Below, one piece after another: positions 40,366 to 49,654 of a DNA stretch of 64,000 bases. How positions within the stretch are numbered: position 1 is the first letter of the stretch; every line of letters begins with the position of its first letter. The notes beneath the pieces were generated by a model, which was not told where the DNA came from, ran no database searches, and saw nothing but the letters and a program-made list of their open reading frames with translations. The DNA lies in contig CAXMOW010000002.1 in the NCBI GenBank assembly GCA_964195235.1, positions 3,772-67,771 of the forward strand. The letters run 5' to 3'. A program made the position numbers and the translations under genes. Source of the stretch: an uncultured Acidimicrobiia bacterium (GTDB taxonomy: Bacteria; Actinomycetota; Acidimicrobiia; Spongiisociales; ZC4RG35).

Positions 40366-41135
40366 GCCTCGTTCACGCCGAGTACCTCAAGGTCGGTCGT
40401 CGCAAGTTGTTTCCGATCATGCTTGGAGTGCTCGCATTCGTGATGGGGCTCATCGCGGTGCTTTTGTACGTGTTGCTGCCGGCTCTTCCCGAGGTAGCCG
40501 GGGGCGACGCTCCGCTCCCGCAGCGCCCAGAAGCCTTCATCTTCGGTGCTCAACAAGTAGCCGGTCAGGCCTGGTGGTTTGCTGTGATCTTGGCCACGGC
40601 GGTGTTGGGTGGCGAGGTTGCCAGCACGGTTTGGGCGACATCATTGACACGTGATTCGCGCAAGCTGAACCATATCTCGGCGAGGTTCTTGGTGTTCACG
40701 GTCGCTTCGTGGATTGCTTTTCTTGTTGGGACCGCAGTTTGGGCTCTGATCATCTGGGTGGCAGCCGAGGGAAGCGGCTCACCGGATTTGTCCGAATGGG
40801 TTGGTCTGCTTTGGAAGTTCCTTGTGATTGCCGGTGCCTGGACGTCGATCGGCCTCGGCGCGGTGGCAATGACACGTTCAATTCCGGTAGCCATGGGAAT
40901 CGCCTTGGGGATCTCCTTTGTCGACAGCATCGTTGCCCCGTTCGTCGACTTCTACGAGAAGATCTCCTTGACAGCCGCCTCCAACGGCATTTTCGACGTC
41001 GCCGGTGATGGTCCGTTCGCCGGCTTCATCCCCGGCGGAGACATGTCACTGACACACGCTCTCAGTGTGATGATTGGGTGGACACTTGTCGGTCTCCTCC
41101 TCACCGTGTGGGGTCTTCAGCGTCGAGACGCCTGA
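40362..41135 (+). CDS. ABC-2 type transporter permease
   Basis: 257 aa with 6 predicted TM helices, translationally coupled to the ATPase. Confidence 0.65.
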   Translation: MSLVHAEYLKVGRRKLFPIMLGVLAFVMGLIAVLLYVLLPALPEVAGGDAPLPQRPEAFIFGAQQVAGQAWWFAVILATAVLGGEVASTVWATSLTRDSRKLNHISARFLVFTVASWIAFLVGTAVWALIIWVAAEGSGSPDLSEWVGLLWKFLVIAGAWTSIGLGAVAMTRSIPVAMGIALGISFVDSIVAPFVDFYEKISLTAASNGIFDVAGDGPFAGFIPGGDMSLTHALSVMIGWTLVGLLLTVWGLQRRDA

Positions 41136-41332
41136 GTCCCCAGCTGTCTTCGCAACTCTTTGTGCCAACAACCGTGATGCCAGTGGCGTCTCATATCGAC
41201 AGCGTCGTCAGGGATCACCACCAGATGGAAGGTTCCGGGGGGAATCGTGCCCTGACAACCGGGGCACAGGTATTCCTTGCGTGCCTGATAGGGCTGGACG
41301 GGATTGACCGTTACGTCGAGAACAGTGCCCAT
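41117..41332 (-). CDS. hypothetical small Cys/His-rich protein, possible zinc ribbon
   Basis: 71 aa with CPGC...HWHHGCWH. Fits in the 256-bp plus-strand gap, divergent from the hydratase gene. Confidence 0.35.
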   Translation of the reverse strand: MGTVLDVTVNPVQPYQARKEYLCPGCQGTIPPGTFHLVVIPDDAVDMRRHWHHGCWHKELRRQLGTQASRR

Positions 41333-41391
41333 GCGATGAGTGCCAGTGTCACACCTACGGCGAGTACGACCATGGCGACGTCGAGGGCCGA

Positions 41392-42249
41392 GTGGCCCTG
41401 GGGGCGGAACGGGTTGAATCCCATGTCCGAAACGGTAACCGTCTGTTCAGCCTGTCTACCGTCACCGATGTGACATGGTTGCGAACCGAAGATGAGGGAC
41501 AGATCCGCTGGCTCACCCTCGATCGGCCGGAGAGTAAGAACGCCATCCCGTTTGATGGATTCCCAACCCTGCGGGACGCATTCGTCGACTTTGAAGGATC
41601 CAGTCAACGCGTATTGATTGTCTCTGGTGGCAGTGGGGCGTTTTGCGCAGGTGCCGATCTTGATCCTGAAGCCCAAGAGGACATGACTTCGGTTGTCGAC
41701 CGACACCAGCGGATGAAGGTCATTGAGGAAGCGGCCACCGCCCTTCATCGAGTCACTAAGCCGACCATTGCCGCTGTTGATGGATACGCAGTTGGTGCCG
41801 GAATGAACCTTGCGTTGGGGTGCGACCTCGTGATCGTGGCCGAGAGCGCTTTGTTCTCCGAGATCTTTGTGAAACGAGGGTTGACTGTGGATTTCGGAGG
41901 CACCTGGTTGTTGCCGCGTTTGGTCGGGCTTCAGCGTGCCAAAGAGTTGGCGTTGTCGGGTCGGATGGTTGGAGCTGATGAGGCTGTCAAAATTGGGCTT
42001 GCCCTCGAAGTGGTGTCAACCGATCTGCTGCATGAGCGGGCCAAGGACCTGGCCGAGAGTCTGCTCGCCGGGGGACCAGTAGGGCAGATGTTTTCCAAAC
42101 AGGCGTTGGACGCATCGTTTGAAATGAGCTTCTCTGAGGCGATCAGCTGGGAAGGCCAGTCACAGTCCATAGCCTTCGGCACGGAGGATTCAACTGAAGG
42201 CATCGCGGCGTTTCTGGAGAAGCGCGAGCCCGATTGGAAAGGTCGTTAA
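41392..42249 (+). CDS. enoyl-CoA hydratase/isomerase family protein
   Basis: Crotonase fold with GAFCAGADL oxyanion-hole motif. The start is uncertain (possible GTG near 41470). Confidence 0.75.
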   Translation: MALGAERVESHVRNGNRLFSLSTVTDVTWLRTEDEGQIRWLTLDRPESKNAIPFDGFPTLRDAFVDFEGSSQRVLIVSGGSGAFCAGADLDPEAQEDMTSVVDRHQRMKVIEEAATALHRVTKPTIAAVDGYAVGAGMNLALGCDLVIVAESALFSEIFVKRGLTVDFGGTWLLPRLVGLQRAKELALSGRMVGADEAVKIGLALEVVSTDLLHERAKDLAESLLAGGPVGQMFSKQALDASFEMSFSEAISWEGQSQSIAFGTEDSTEGIAAFLEKREPDWKGR

Positions 42250-42255
42250 CGGCGA

Positions 42256-42699
42256 CTACTCCGCACCGATGTCCTCATTCCAGAGGTCAGGCCGGGTGTC
42301 GATGAAATTAGTCATGAGGTCGAAACATCGCTGATCGTCGAACACCTCAACCTGGACGCCCCGCGAACGGAGATGACTCTCGGCTCCTATGAATGTCGTG
42401 TTCTCACCGATAACGACTTTCGGGATGCCATAGAGAAGGATGGCCCCAGAGCACATGTCACAAGGTGACAACGTGGTGTAGATGATTGAGCGCTTATAGG
42501 TTGCGGCCGACAGTCGTCCGGCGTTCTCGAGGGCGTCCATCTCGGCATGGAGAGTTGCCGAGCTCTTCTGGATGCGTTGGTTGTGACCCCGGCCCACAAT
42601 TACGCCATCAACCATGATCGCCGACCCAATGGGAATTCCCCCGTCTGCCAAGCCGATTTCGGCCTCTTCTATCGCGCTCTCGAGCCCAGGGTTATTCAT
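42256..42699 (-). CDS. cytosine deaminase of the yeast FCY1 / CDA-fold type
   Basis: HAEMDAL...SPCDMCSGAI zinc motifs and C-terminus FIDTRPDLWNEDIGAE closely resembling yeast Fcy1. Confidence 0.7.
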   Translation of the reverse strand: MNNPGLESAIEEAEIGLADGGIPIGSAIMVDGVIVGRGHNQRIQKSSATLHAEMDALENAGRLSAATYKRSIIYTTLSPCDMCSGAILLYGIPKVVIGENTTFIGAESHLRSRGVQVEVFDDQRCFDLMTNFIDTRPDLWNEDIGAE

Positions 42700-42735
42700 G
42701 ATGTGAGCCTAAGGATGTCGCTCTAGCCTTGGGCG

Positions 42736-44199
42736 ATGACACGAATGGCCATCTCCGGGCCGTCGACGTTGGTGACCGACGCCGGGGCGCATATCGCTGA
42801 GGCGGGTGGTTCAGTAGTCGACGTCGCAATTGTCGCCGCACTTGTCGCGACCTGCACCGAGCCTGGCATCTGCTCCCCTGGAGGCGGAGGGTTTCTAGTC
42901 ATCGACGTTCCTGGGTCTGAGCCGGTCGTGGTGGACGGATACATGGCGTACCCGGGTCTGGGATTCTCGGGAAAGAAGAAGGTCGACGAAGTCTCGATGT
43001 CATATGGAGGTGGTGTTACCACCCTGACCGGGCCGGCCACCATTGGTGTCCCAGGCGCTTTCGCGGGGTACGGAATTGCCCACGACCGATACGGATCCAT
43101 TCCATGGCGTGAAATCATGGAGGTTGCGGCGACGACAGTTGAGAGTGGTTTTCCACTGAGTCAGGCCGCCTACGACTATCTCATCCACGCGGGGCGTCCC
43201 ATTTTCTGGAGTGACGACGCATCGCGGAAGGCAGTCTTTGATGGTGAGCGACTCAAGAACGCAGGCGAGATGGTCGAGTTCGCCGGTCTTGCCGCAACCC
43301 TTCGCTACATAGGCAAGGAGGGCGCATCGGTCATGTACACAGGGGACCTGGGCAAAGCGGTGGCGTCAGACCTGGCGGAGCGCGGAAGCGATCTCACCCG
43401 CCAAGACCTTGCTCAGTACCAACCGATCGTACGACGCCCTTTGGCCTTGAGCTATCGAAGGTGGGACCTCAATATCAATCCACCACCGGCCGTCGGCGGT
43501 GTCACAGTGGCCCTTGGCCTCGGAGCGATCAGTGAAGTTGACGATCCCGGTCCCGGTGAGTGGGCGGTCGCGTTGACGGGTGCGTTTGAGAGTCGGACCC
43601 ATGATCTCCAACCCGGCCCAGGATTTGATGACGCTGCCATGAGCGCCTTGATAAGCGTTGGGATGAGGTCTCCCTCGACAATCAGCATCGCGGCCGTTGA
43701 TGAGGACGGCGGCGCAGTAGCTGCGTCGTTCTCGGCCGGCTATGGCTCGGGCGTGGTCCCTGCGGCCACCGGGATGCTGATGAATAACGCGGTCGGTGAG
43801 ATCGAGCTGACCGGGTCCGGACCAGGCGACTCCGGAGCAAGGATGATGTCGAATATGGCGCCAATGGTGGCGAGAAAAGGGACTGATGTGGTGGCCCTGG
43901 GTAGCCCCGGCGCAGATCGAATCACCAGCGCCCTCGTGGCGACGGTGGCGGCGCTCGGCAACGGAATGCAGCTCCGCGAGGCCATCGAACATCCGCGGGT
44001 ACACCCCGAGTTTGGGGATTGGGGTGTGAGGATTGCGACGGAGCCAGGGATTGACACAACGACAATCCTGCATCCGACTCGACGATTCGATTCCCAGCAT
44101 ATGTACTTCGGCGGTGTGAATGGTGCAGCTCTGGAAAGTGGTTATCTCCACGGCCATGCCGACAGTCGGCGCACCGGGTCTGCAATAACGACCCCCTAG
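42736..44199 (+). CDS. ggt: gamma-glutamyltranspeptidase family protein
   Basis: 487 aa Ntn-hydrolase with a plausible catalytic Thr region and GGT architecture. No clear signal peptide. Confidence 0.75.
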   Translation: MTRMAISGPSTLVTDAGAHIAEAGGSVVDVAIVAALVATCTEPGICSPGGGGFLVIDVPGSEPVVVDGYMAYPGLGFSGKKKVDEVSMSYGGGVTTLTGPATIGVPGAFAGYGIAHDRYGSIPWREIMEVAATTVESGFPLSQAAYDYLIHAGRPIFWSDDASRKAVFDGERLKNAGEMVEFAGLAATLRYIGKEGASVMYTGDLGKAVASDLAERGSDLTRQDLAQYQPIVRRPLALSYRRWDLNINPPPAVGGVTVALGLGAISEVDDPGPGEWAVALTGAFESRTHDLQPGPGFDDAAMSALISVGMRSPSTISIAAVDEDGGAVAASFSAGYGSGVVPAATGMLMNNAVGEIELTGSGPGDSGARMMSNMAPMVARKGTDVVALGSPGADRITSALVATVAALGNGMQLREAIEHPRVHPEFGDWGVRIATEPGIDTTTILHPTRRFDSQHMYFGGVNGAALESGYLHGHADSRRTGSAITTP

Positions 44200-44234
44200 A
44201 TCTGGGCCAGTCGTGCCCGTAGCTTCCCAAGGAG

Positions 44235-45668
44235 ATGAATTCAGCGACCATGTCGGTTGCGCTGGTCGGGGGAGACGTGAGGCGAGTTCAGGTCGAGGTT
44301 CACGTCGGCCGACCGCAGGAGTCGTTCAAGCTGACCGGGCTGCCGGACACCGCGGTGCGGGAGGCGAAGGATCGGGTGAGGGCCGCGGTGGTCTCGTCCG
44401 GAGCGAAATTCCCCAACAGGACCGTCACCGTCAACCTGAGTCCGGCAGCACTACCCAAGGGCGGCTCTGAGTACGACCTTCCGATAGCGCTCGGCGTGCT
44501 CGCCGCATCCGGAGAGATCCCGAGTCCACGTGATGTGATCGTTGTCGGAGAACTGGCGTTGGACGGGATGGTTCGCTCGAGTACCAGCGGACTGGCCGCG
44601 GGTGTCCTTTCCGCGCGGCTTGGTTTTCCATGCCTTGTCCCAACGTCGAGTGCCGACCAGGCCGCGTCAGTGCCCGATGCTCTGGTCTATCCGGTGGCAT
44701 CACTCGCTGAAGCAGTGGAGCAACTCAGGATGGGTCTCAATGGTGAGCCGGCGAAACCGAGCATCCGGCCCGATCCTGTGCACGCAACAGGTGATCTGGC
44801 CGAAGTCCGCGGCCAGCCGATGGCTCGGCGCGCAACCGAGGTCGCTGCAACGGGTGGGCACCACGTTCTGTTTCATGGTCCTCCTGGTGGTGGGAAGACG
44901 ATGCTTGCCCGCAGGCTCGCGGGACTCCTGGCGCCTTTGACCGAGATGGAAGCAGTTGAGGTGGGCTTGGTCCACGCCGCAGCCGGTCTGAATCGCGGCA
45001 TCAAGCTCGATCGCCCCATCCGTTCACCACATCACACTGCGTCCCGGGCGGCTCTCGTCGGTGGCGGCAGTGGTGTGCCTGTTCCGGGCGAAGTTTCACT
45101 GGCGAACCATGGCTTGCTGTTTCTCGACGAACTGGCCGAGTTTCCACGAAGTCATCTCGACACGCTCCGACAGCCTATGGAGGACGGTTCGGTCACCATC
45201 GCCCGCCGGGGTATGTCGGTCGAGTTTCCTTCTTCTTTTCAGCTCGTGGCGGCGACCAATCCATGTCCGTGCGGTTTCACCGGAGATGACCGAAAGCCGT
45301 GCCAGTGCCCACCGGCGACGGTGTCTCGGTATCGACAGCGTGTGTCCGGCCCGTTGCTCGACAGGATCGATCTGGTGGTGAAGGTGGGTCGGGTCGATTC
45401 TGTCGAGATGACAGCCGAGGACACCGAGTCGTCGTCAGCGATACGAAAACGAGTGATGGCGGCCGTCGAGTTTCGCTCGAGGCGAGCCGATCTCGTCAGT
45501 AAGTCCGCCAACCGGCTGGTGCTAAAGGCACTCGACTCTGCGTTGATCACAGCTCGGGGCGTCGAGCGGGCCAAGCGGGTCGCACGGACTATCGCCGACC
45601 TGGCGTTGGTCGAGGAGGTGTCACAGGACCACGTTGCCGAGGCGATGGTTCTGCGTGGGGAGTGGTGA
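44235..45668 (+). CDS. comM: Mg-chelatase-like AAA+ ATPase ComM/YifB
   Basis: N-terminal Lon-like domain, Walker A GPPGGGKT, FLDELAEF and C-terminal Mg_chelatase_C. Alternative ATG at 44250. Confidence 0.8.
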   Translation: MNSATMSVALVGGDVRRVQVEVHVGRPQESFKLTGLPDTAVREAKDRVRAAVVSSGAKFPNRTVTVNLSPAALPKGGSEYDLPIALGVLAASGEIPSPRDVIVVGELALDGMVRSSTSGLAAGVLSARLGFPCLVPTSSADQAASVPDALVYPVASLAEAVEQLRMGLNGEPAKPSIRPDPVHATGDLAEVRGQPMARRATEVAATGGHHVLFHGPPGGGKTMLARRLAGLLAPLTEMEAVEVGLVHAAAGLNRGIKLDRPIRSPHHTASRAALVGGGSGVPVPGEVSLANHGLLFLDELAEFPRSHLDTLRQPMEDGSVTIARRGMSVEFPSSFQLVAATNPCPCGFTGDDRKPCQCPPATVSRYRQRVSGPLLDRIDLVVKVGRVDSVEMTAEDTESSSAIRKRVMAAVEFRSRRADLVSKSANRLVLKALDSALITARGVERAKRVARTIADLALVEEVSQDHVAEAMVLRGEW

Positions 45669-46489
45669 CCACGCCGAAGATGGTTCAGGCGCGAAGTCCC
45701 GGGTACCCGGAGGGTCTTGCCGATCTCGAGGATCCACCACCCCTCTATCTGATAGGTGACCTTCGCTCGGCGCCGGGCGTGGCGGTGGTGGGGACACGTC
45801 GATGCACACGATATGGAATCGACCTGGCTGAGCGATTTGGACGGGTGATCTCTGGTTCGGGATGGAGTGTTGTGAGTGGCTTGGCTCGAGGGATCGACGC
45901 GGCTGCGCATCGGGGATGTCTTGCTGTCGGGGGTCACGCTGTGGCTGTGCTCGGTTCAGGTATCGACGTCTGTTATCCCAGGGAAAACCGTCCTATCTAT
46001 GACGGAATTCTGGATTCCGCTGGAGCGATTGTGTCGGAGTACGCCCCAGGCACCCCACCAGATCGGTGGCGGTTTCCCGCGCGCAACCGGATCATCGCCG
46101 CGATGTCGTCTGCTGTAGTGGTTGTGGAGGCCGCGCGAATTGGAGGGGCATTGATAACTGCTCGGCTCGCAGCTGAGATCGGGCGCCCCGTATTTGTCGT
46201 TCCCGGCGATGTGGACCGTCCGGCATCAGAGGGATGCAACATGCTCATTCGTGACGGTGCCCATCCTGTGTTGGGAGCCAGCGACCTGATCGAGGAATTG
46301 GGGTTGATCATCGGACCGCCAGAACCTTCAACCTCGGCCGCAGCTGTCGACATACCCCAGTCGGGGCTGACAGTGGACCAGCTGACCGAGCATTGGTCGC
46401 TGTCTGTGTCGGACACGTTGGCCCGAGTCGGAAAACTCGAGATCGAGGGTTTGATCCGGATGTCGGGTGACCGTGTGATCCCCGGATAG
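45662..46489 (+). CDS. dprA: DNA processing protein DprA, short form
   Basis: Rossmann DprA domain (GLARGIDAAAHRG...) and C-terminal winged helix. Lacks the N-terminal SAM-like domain. Confidence 0.8.
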   Translation: MVTTPKMVQARSPGYPEGLADLEDPPPLYLIGDLRSAPGVAVVGTRRCTRYGIDLAERFGRVISGSGWSVVSGLARGIDAAAHRGCLAVGGHAVAVLGSGIDVCYPRENRPIYDGILDSAGAIVSEYAPGTPPDRWRFPARNRIIAAMSSAVVVVEAARIGGALITARLAAEIGRPVFVVPGDVDRPASEGCNMLIRDGAHPVLGASDLIEELGLIIGPPEPSTSAAAVDIPQSGLTVDQLTEHWSLSVSDTLARVGKLEIEGLIRMSGDRVIPG

Positions 46490-46516
46490 ACACGACTTAG
46501 CTCATAGCATCGTGGG

Positions 46517-47404
46517 GTGGAAATGCCCGACATCCCGGTGTGGGCCAAGCCGCAGGTTATGGCTTACCTTCAGCGTCTGACTGACCAGCGTGGTCTGTCA
46601 GTGCACACGGTCGATGCTTATCGACGCGACCTGGCTCAGTTCTTCGACTACTGCGACCGCGCTGGTATCAACTCGATCTCTGACGTCGAACGCCGTCATT
46701 GCCGGCGTTATCTGGCCTTTCTCGATACACGCTTGTATTCGCGTCGATCGATGTCGCGGAAATCATCTTCAGTCAGATCGTATTACGGCGATGCGGTGAG
46801 ACGCGAAATAGTCGAGGTCAACCCTTTCGACGGTGTGACAAGGCCGAAGTTGGACCGACCGCTACCCCATGCTCTCCCGGCAAGGACGGTCAGTCACGCA
46901 ATCGAGATGATCGACACGTCGACCCCGGTTGGCCTACGGGACCGGGCTTTGGTGGAGACTCTCTACGCGACCGGCCTGCGAATCTCCGAACTTGCGTCGT
47001 TGAACGTCGACGACGCTGGAGACGACACCATCACGGTTGTCGGCAAAGGCAACAAGACCCGACGTGTGCCGATCGGCCGACCAGCACAGGACGCGATGGG
47101 TGTCTATCTCGCTGACGGACGGGGAGCGCTGGCGACAGGCGCCGCCGGTGATGCCCTGTGGGTAGGCGTTCGCGGCAGGCGGCTCGATCCAAGAGGCATA
47201 AGAAGGGTTGTCTCGGCCAGGGTCGCCACCTTCCCCCACGCCCTGCGACACAGTTTCGCTACCCATTTACTCGAAGGTGGTGCAGACTTACGCACCGTGC
47301 AGGATCTTCTGGGACATACCGATCTGGCGACAACCCAGATCTACACTGCCGTCACCCGAAAGCATTTGAGAGGAACATATGACCGAAGCCACCCACGAGC
47401 CTGA
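46517..47404 (+). CDS. xerC: tyrosine recombinase XerC
   Basis: Catalytic R...HxxR...Y motifs: [35 protein letters not shown]. Confidence 0.8.
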   Translation: MEMPDIPVWAKPQVMAYLQRLTDQRGLSVHTVDAYRRDLAQFFDYCDRAGINSISDVERRHCRRYLAFLDTRLYSRRSMSRKSSSVRSYYGDAVRREIVEVNPFDGVTRPKLDRPLPHALPARTVSHAIEMIDTSTPVGLRDRALVETLYATGLRISELASLNVDDAGDDTITVVGKGNKTRRVPIGRPAQDAMGVYLADGRGALATGAAGDALWVGVRGRRLDPRGIRRVVSARVATFPHALRHSFATHLLEGGADLRTVQDLLGHTDLATTQIYTAVTRKHLRGTYDRSHPRA

Positions 47405-48158
47405 GAAAACTCAGGTCGAGGGGCTTTGGGAGACCTTCAAGGCCTCCGGCGACGCTGACACCCGCGAACGCCTCATCCTCCACTATTCACCATTGGTGAA
47501 ATACGTGGCCGGTCGGGTGGGTGCTGGTCTTCCCCGTTCGGTAGACCAGAACGATCTCGCCAGCTACGGCCTGTTTGGCCTCATCGATGCCATCGACAAG
47601 TTTGAGCCCGATCGAGGTTTCAAATTTGAGACCTATGCGATCAATCGAATCAAGGGAGCAATCCTCGACGAACTGCGAGCCCTGGATTGGGTGCCCCGGT
47701 CGGTTAGGTCGCGCGCTCGGCGAATTGAGACAGCGGTTGTCGAACTTGAACACTCCCTGCAAAGGACTCCATCAGAGGACGAATTGGCACTCAATCTGGA
47801 GATGAAAGTCGACGAGTTGAATGATGCCCTCGCCGAAATCGGGCGGTCGGGGATTGCCGCACTCGACGAGTTCGTGTCCGGAGAGTCACAAACTTCGATG
47901 GGGGAGATGCTTGCCGATCCCAGTGGTATCTCACCAGAGGCAGAATTTCAGAGCGAGGAGACTCGTAGGGGGCTGGTCGATGCTATCAACCGGCTTCCTG
48001 ACAGGGAACGGCTCGTCGTCACCCTCTATTACTACGAAGGCATGACGTTGAACGAGATTGGCGACGTGCTTGGTGTTACCGAATCGCGGGTTTGTCAGAT
48101 TCATGCCAAGACGATGATGTCGCTGCGTAACCGTCTCGGCGATCCAGCCTGGAGCTAG
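47379..48158 (+). CDS. FliA/WhiG-family (sigma-28 type) RNA polymerase sigma factor
   Basis: Region 2 ([16 protein letters not shown]) and region 4 ([27 protein letters not shown]). Its start overlaps the xerC 3' end by 26 nt. Confidence 0.8.
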   Translation: MTEATHEPEKTQVEGLWETFKASGDADTRERLILHYSPLVKYVAGRVGAGLPRSVDQNDLASYGLFGLIDAIDKFEPDRGFKFETYAINRIKGAILDELRALDWVPRSVRSRARRIETAVVELEHSLQRTPSEDELALNLEMKVDELNDALAEIGRSGIAALDEFVSGESQTSMGEMLADPSGISPEAEFQSEETRRGLVDAINRLPDRERLVVTLYYYEGMTLNEIGDVLGVTESRVCQIHAKTMMSLRNRLGDPAWS

Positions 48159-48172
48159 ATCGGGGTCTTGAG

Positions 48173-48658
48173 TTACCCCTGTGATTCGAGAAGCTGATGG
48201 GCTGAAGTGGCGATTCTATCGAGGAGATCATTGAGAGTCTCGACCTCCGTCTCACTGAGGGCTGAATAGATCGTTTGGTCGAGGACCTCTAGGACGCGCG
48301 GGACGACGACCGCTAGGGCGTCTTCGCCGGCTTTGGTAAGACTGATTCGCTGAGCTCGACGATCATCAGGGTCAAGCTGACGTTTCACAAGTCCTTGCCT
48401 CTCGGCGTTGTCGATCACCCGTGACACATACCCAGCCGACTTGAGGAGTTGCCGGCCAAGGTCGACACCGCGGAGTTGTTGGTCCGATGCGAGGCTGAGT
48501 CGCACCAGCAGGTCGAGTGTCGTCGGGTTGTAGTCGGTGTTGGCCACAGCGAGAACATCAATGGCCCGTCCAAGTACATTCTCCGCTTCGAGGAGAAGCC
48601 CGCTCGGTCGAAGTCGTTCCTCTATGTCGCGTGATCTCGTTTGCTCTGCCTTTGCCAT
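48173..48658 (-). CDS. MarR-family transcriptional regulator
   Basis: 161 aa winged-helix with recognition helix region (LAGYVSRVIDNAERQGLVKRQ). Confidence 0.75.
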   Translation of the reverse strand: MAKAEQTRSRDIEERLRPSGLLLEAENVLGRAIDVLAVANTDYNPTTLDLLVRLSLASDQQLRGVDLGRQLLKSAGYVSRVIDNAERQGLVKRQLDPDDRRAQRISLTKAGEDALAVVVPRVLEVLDQTIYSALSETEVETLNDLLDRIATSAHQLLESQG

Positions 48659-48719
48659 TGCTGACCTCCAGACAGAGAGGATACTTATCTTGACAATAAT
48701 TTGCTAGGTTACTAATTTA

Positions 48720-48733
48720 GTTGCATAGGCAAC
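48720..48733 (+). promoter_or_regulatory. candidate MarR operator (GTTGC-ATAG-GCAAC inverted repeat) in the marR/nmrA divergent intergenic region
   Basis: Perfect 5-bp arms with a 4-bp spacer in an AT-rich 98-bp divergent promoter region. Confidence 0.3.
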
Positions 48734-48756
48734 AAACATCAAAGAGGAAACACGTC

Positions 48757-49647
48757 ATGGAAACCATAAAGACGATTGCTGTGATTGGTGCAACTGGAGC
48801 TCAGGGTGGTGGTGTCGTCCGCGCACTACAGGAGCGTGGCGAATTCAAGGTGCGAGCGTTGACACGCAATCCGGATGGCGCCAAGGGACTCGCCGAGGAG
48901 GTCGTGGCGGCAGATCTCACCAAGCCCGAGTCATTGGGCCGGGCACTTGAAGGTGTATATGGGGTGTTTGCCAACACCAACTCATTCGGCTCGTCTGACA
49001 CCGACGAGGTTGCTCAAGGCACCGCAGCCGTTGATGCTGCCAAGGCAGCCGGCGCCAAGCACTACATCTGGTCGACGCTGCCCAACGTCGAAGAAATCTC
49101 GGAAGGCAAGTTCAATGTTTCTCACTTCTCAAACAAAGCAAAAGTGAACGAAACGGTCAGGAACGCCGGATTCCGATACTTCACGTTTGTCGAACCACCG
49201 TTCTACTTTCAGAATCTGAACTCACCGATATACCCGACACCGCCTGGACCTGATGGGACGCCGACCTGGTCCGTCCCGATGCGGCCAGATGCTCGTGGGA
49301 TCCACATGGGTGACATCACAGAGCTTGGGAATGTCGTTGCTGGTGCTTTTGAGCAGCCCAGTACCGTTGGAGATGGGAGGTATCTATCTCTGTCGGGTGA
49401 CCTAATGAGCTGGGACGACATAGTCGCCACACTCGTAAGCCAGGGTCACGACCTGGCGTATTCCCAGGCCACGGAGGACCCCTGGGGGATTCGAGACATG
49501 TTTGCCTATTTCGAGGCGCATACTTACTTCGGTCCCGACGCTGAGGAGAAAATCGCCAACGCAAGAGCGGCGTCGACCAAGCCGTTTACCGATTTCGCCA
49601 CCTGGGCCAAGGCAAACATGGCAGTGGAGGGTGCCAAAGATCAATGA
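48757..49647 (+). CDS. NmrA-family NAD(P)-binding protein
   Basis: IAVIGATGAQGG Rossmann motif. AAAGAGGAAA RBS before ATG 48757. Confidence 0.7.
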   Translation: METIKTIAVIGATGAQGGGVVRALQERGEFKVRALTRNPDGAKGLAEEVVAADLTKPESLGRALEGVYGVFANTNSFGSSDTDEVAQGTAAVDAAKAAGAKHYIWSTLPNVEEISEGKFNVSHFSNKAKVNETVRNAGFRYFTFVEPPFYFQNLNSPIYPTPPGPDGTPTWSVPMRPDARGIHMGDITELGNVVAGAFEQPSTVGDGRYLSLSGDLMSWDDIVATLVSQGHDLAYSQATEDPWGIRDMFAYFEAHTYFGPDAEEKIANARAASTKPFTDFATWAKANMAVEGAKDQ

Positions 49648-49654
49648 AACCGCG

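Noticed and set aside
46517-47404. Tyrosine recombinase as a marker of a mobile element.
   Set aside because: Sequence and position (after comM-dprA, before rpsB) match housekeeping XerC of Actinobacteria. No att-like repeats, tRNA or phage genes nearby.
47379-48158. FliA-type sigma factor as evidence of a flagellar locus.
   Set aside because: No flagellar, chemotaxis or anti-sigma (FlgM) genes in the window. Treated as a WhiG-like regulator instead.
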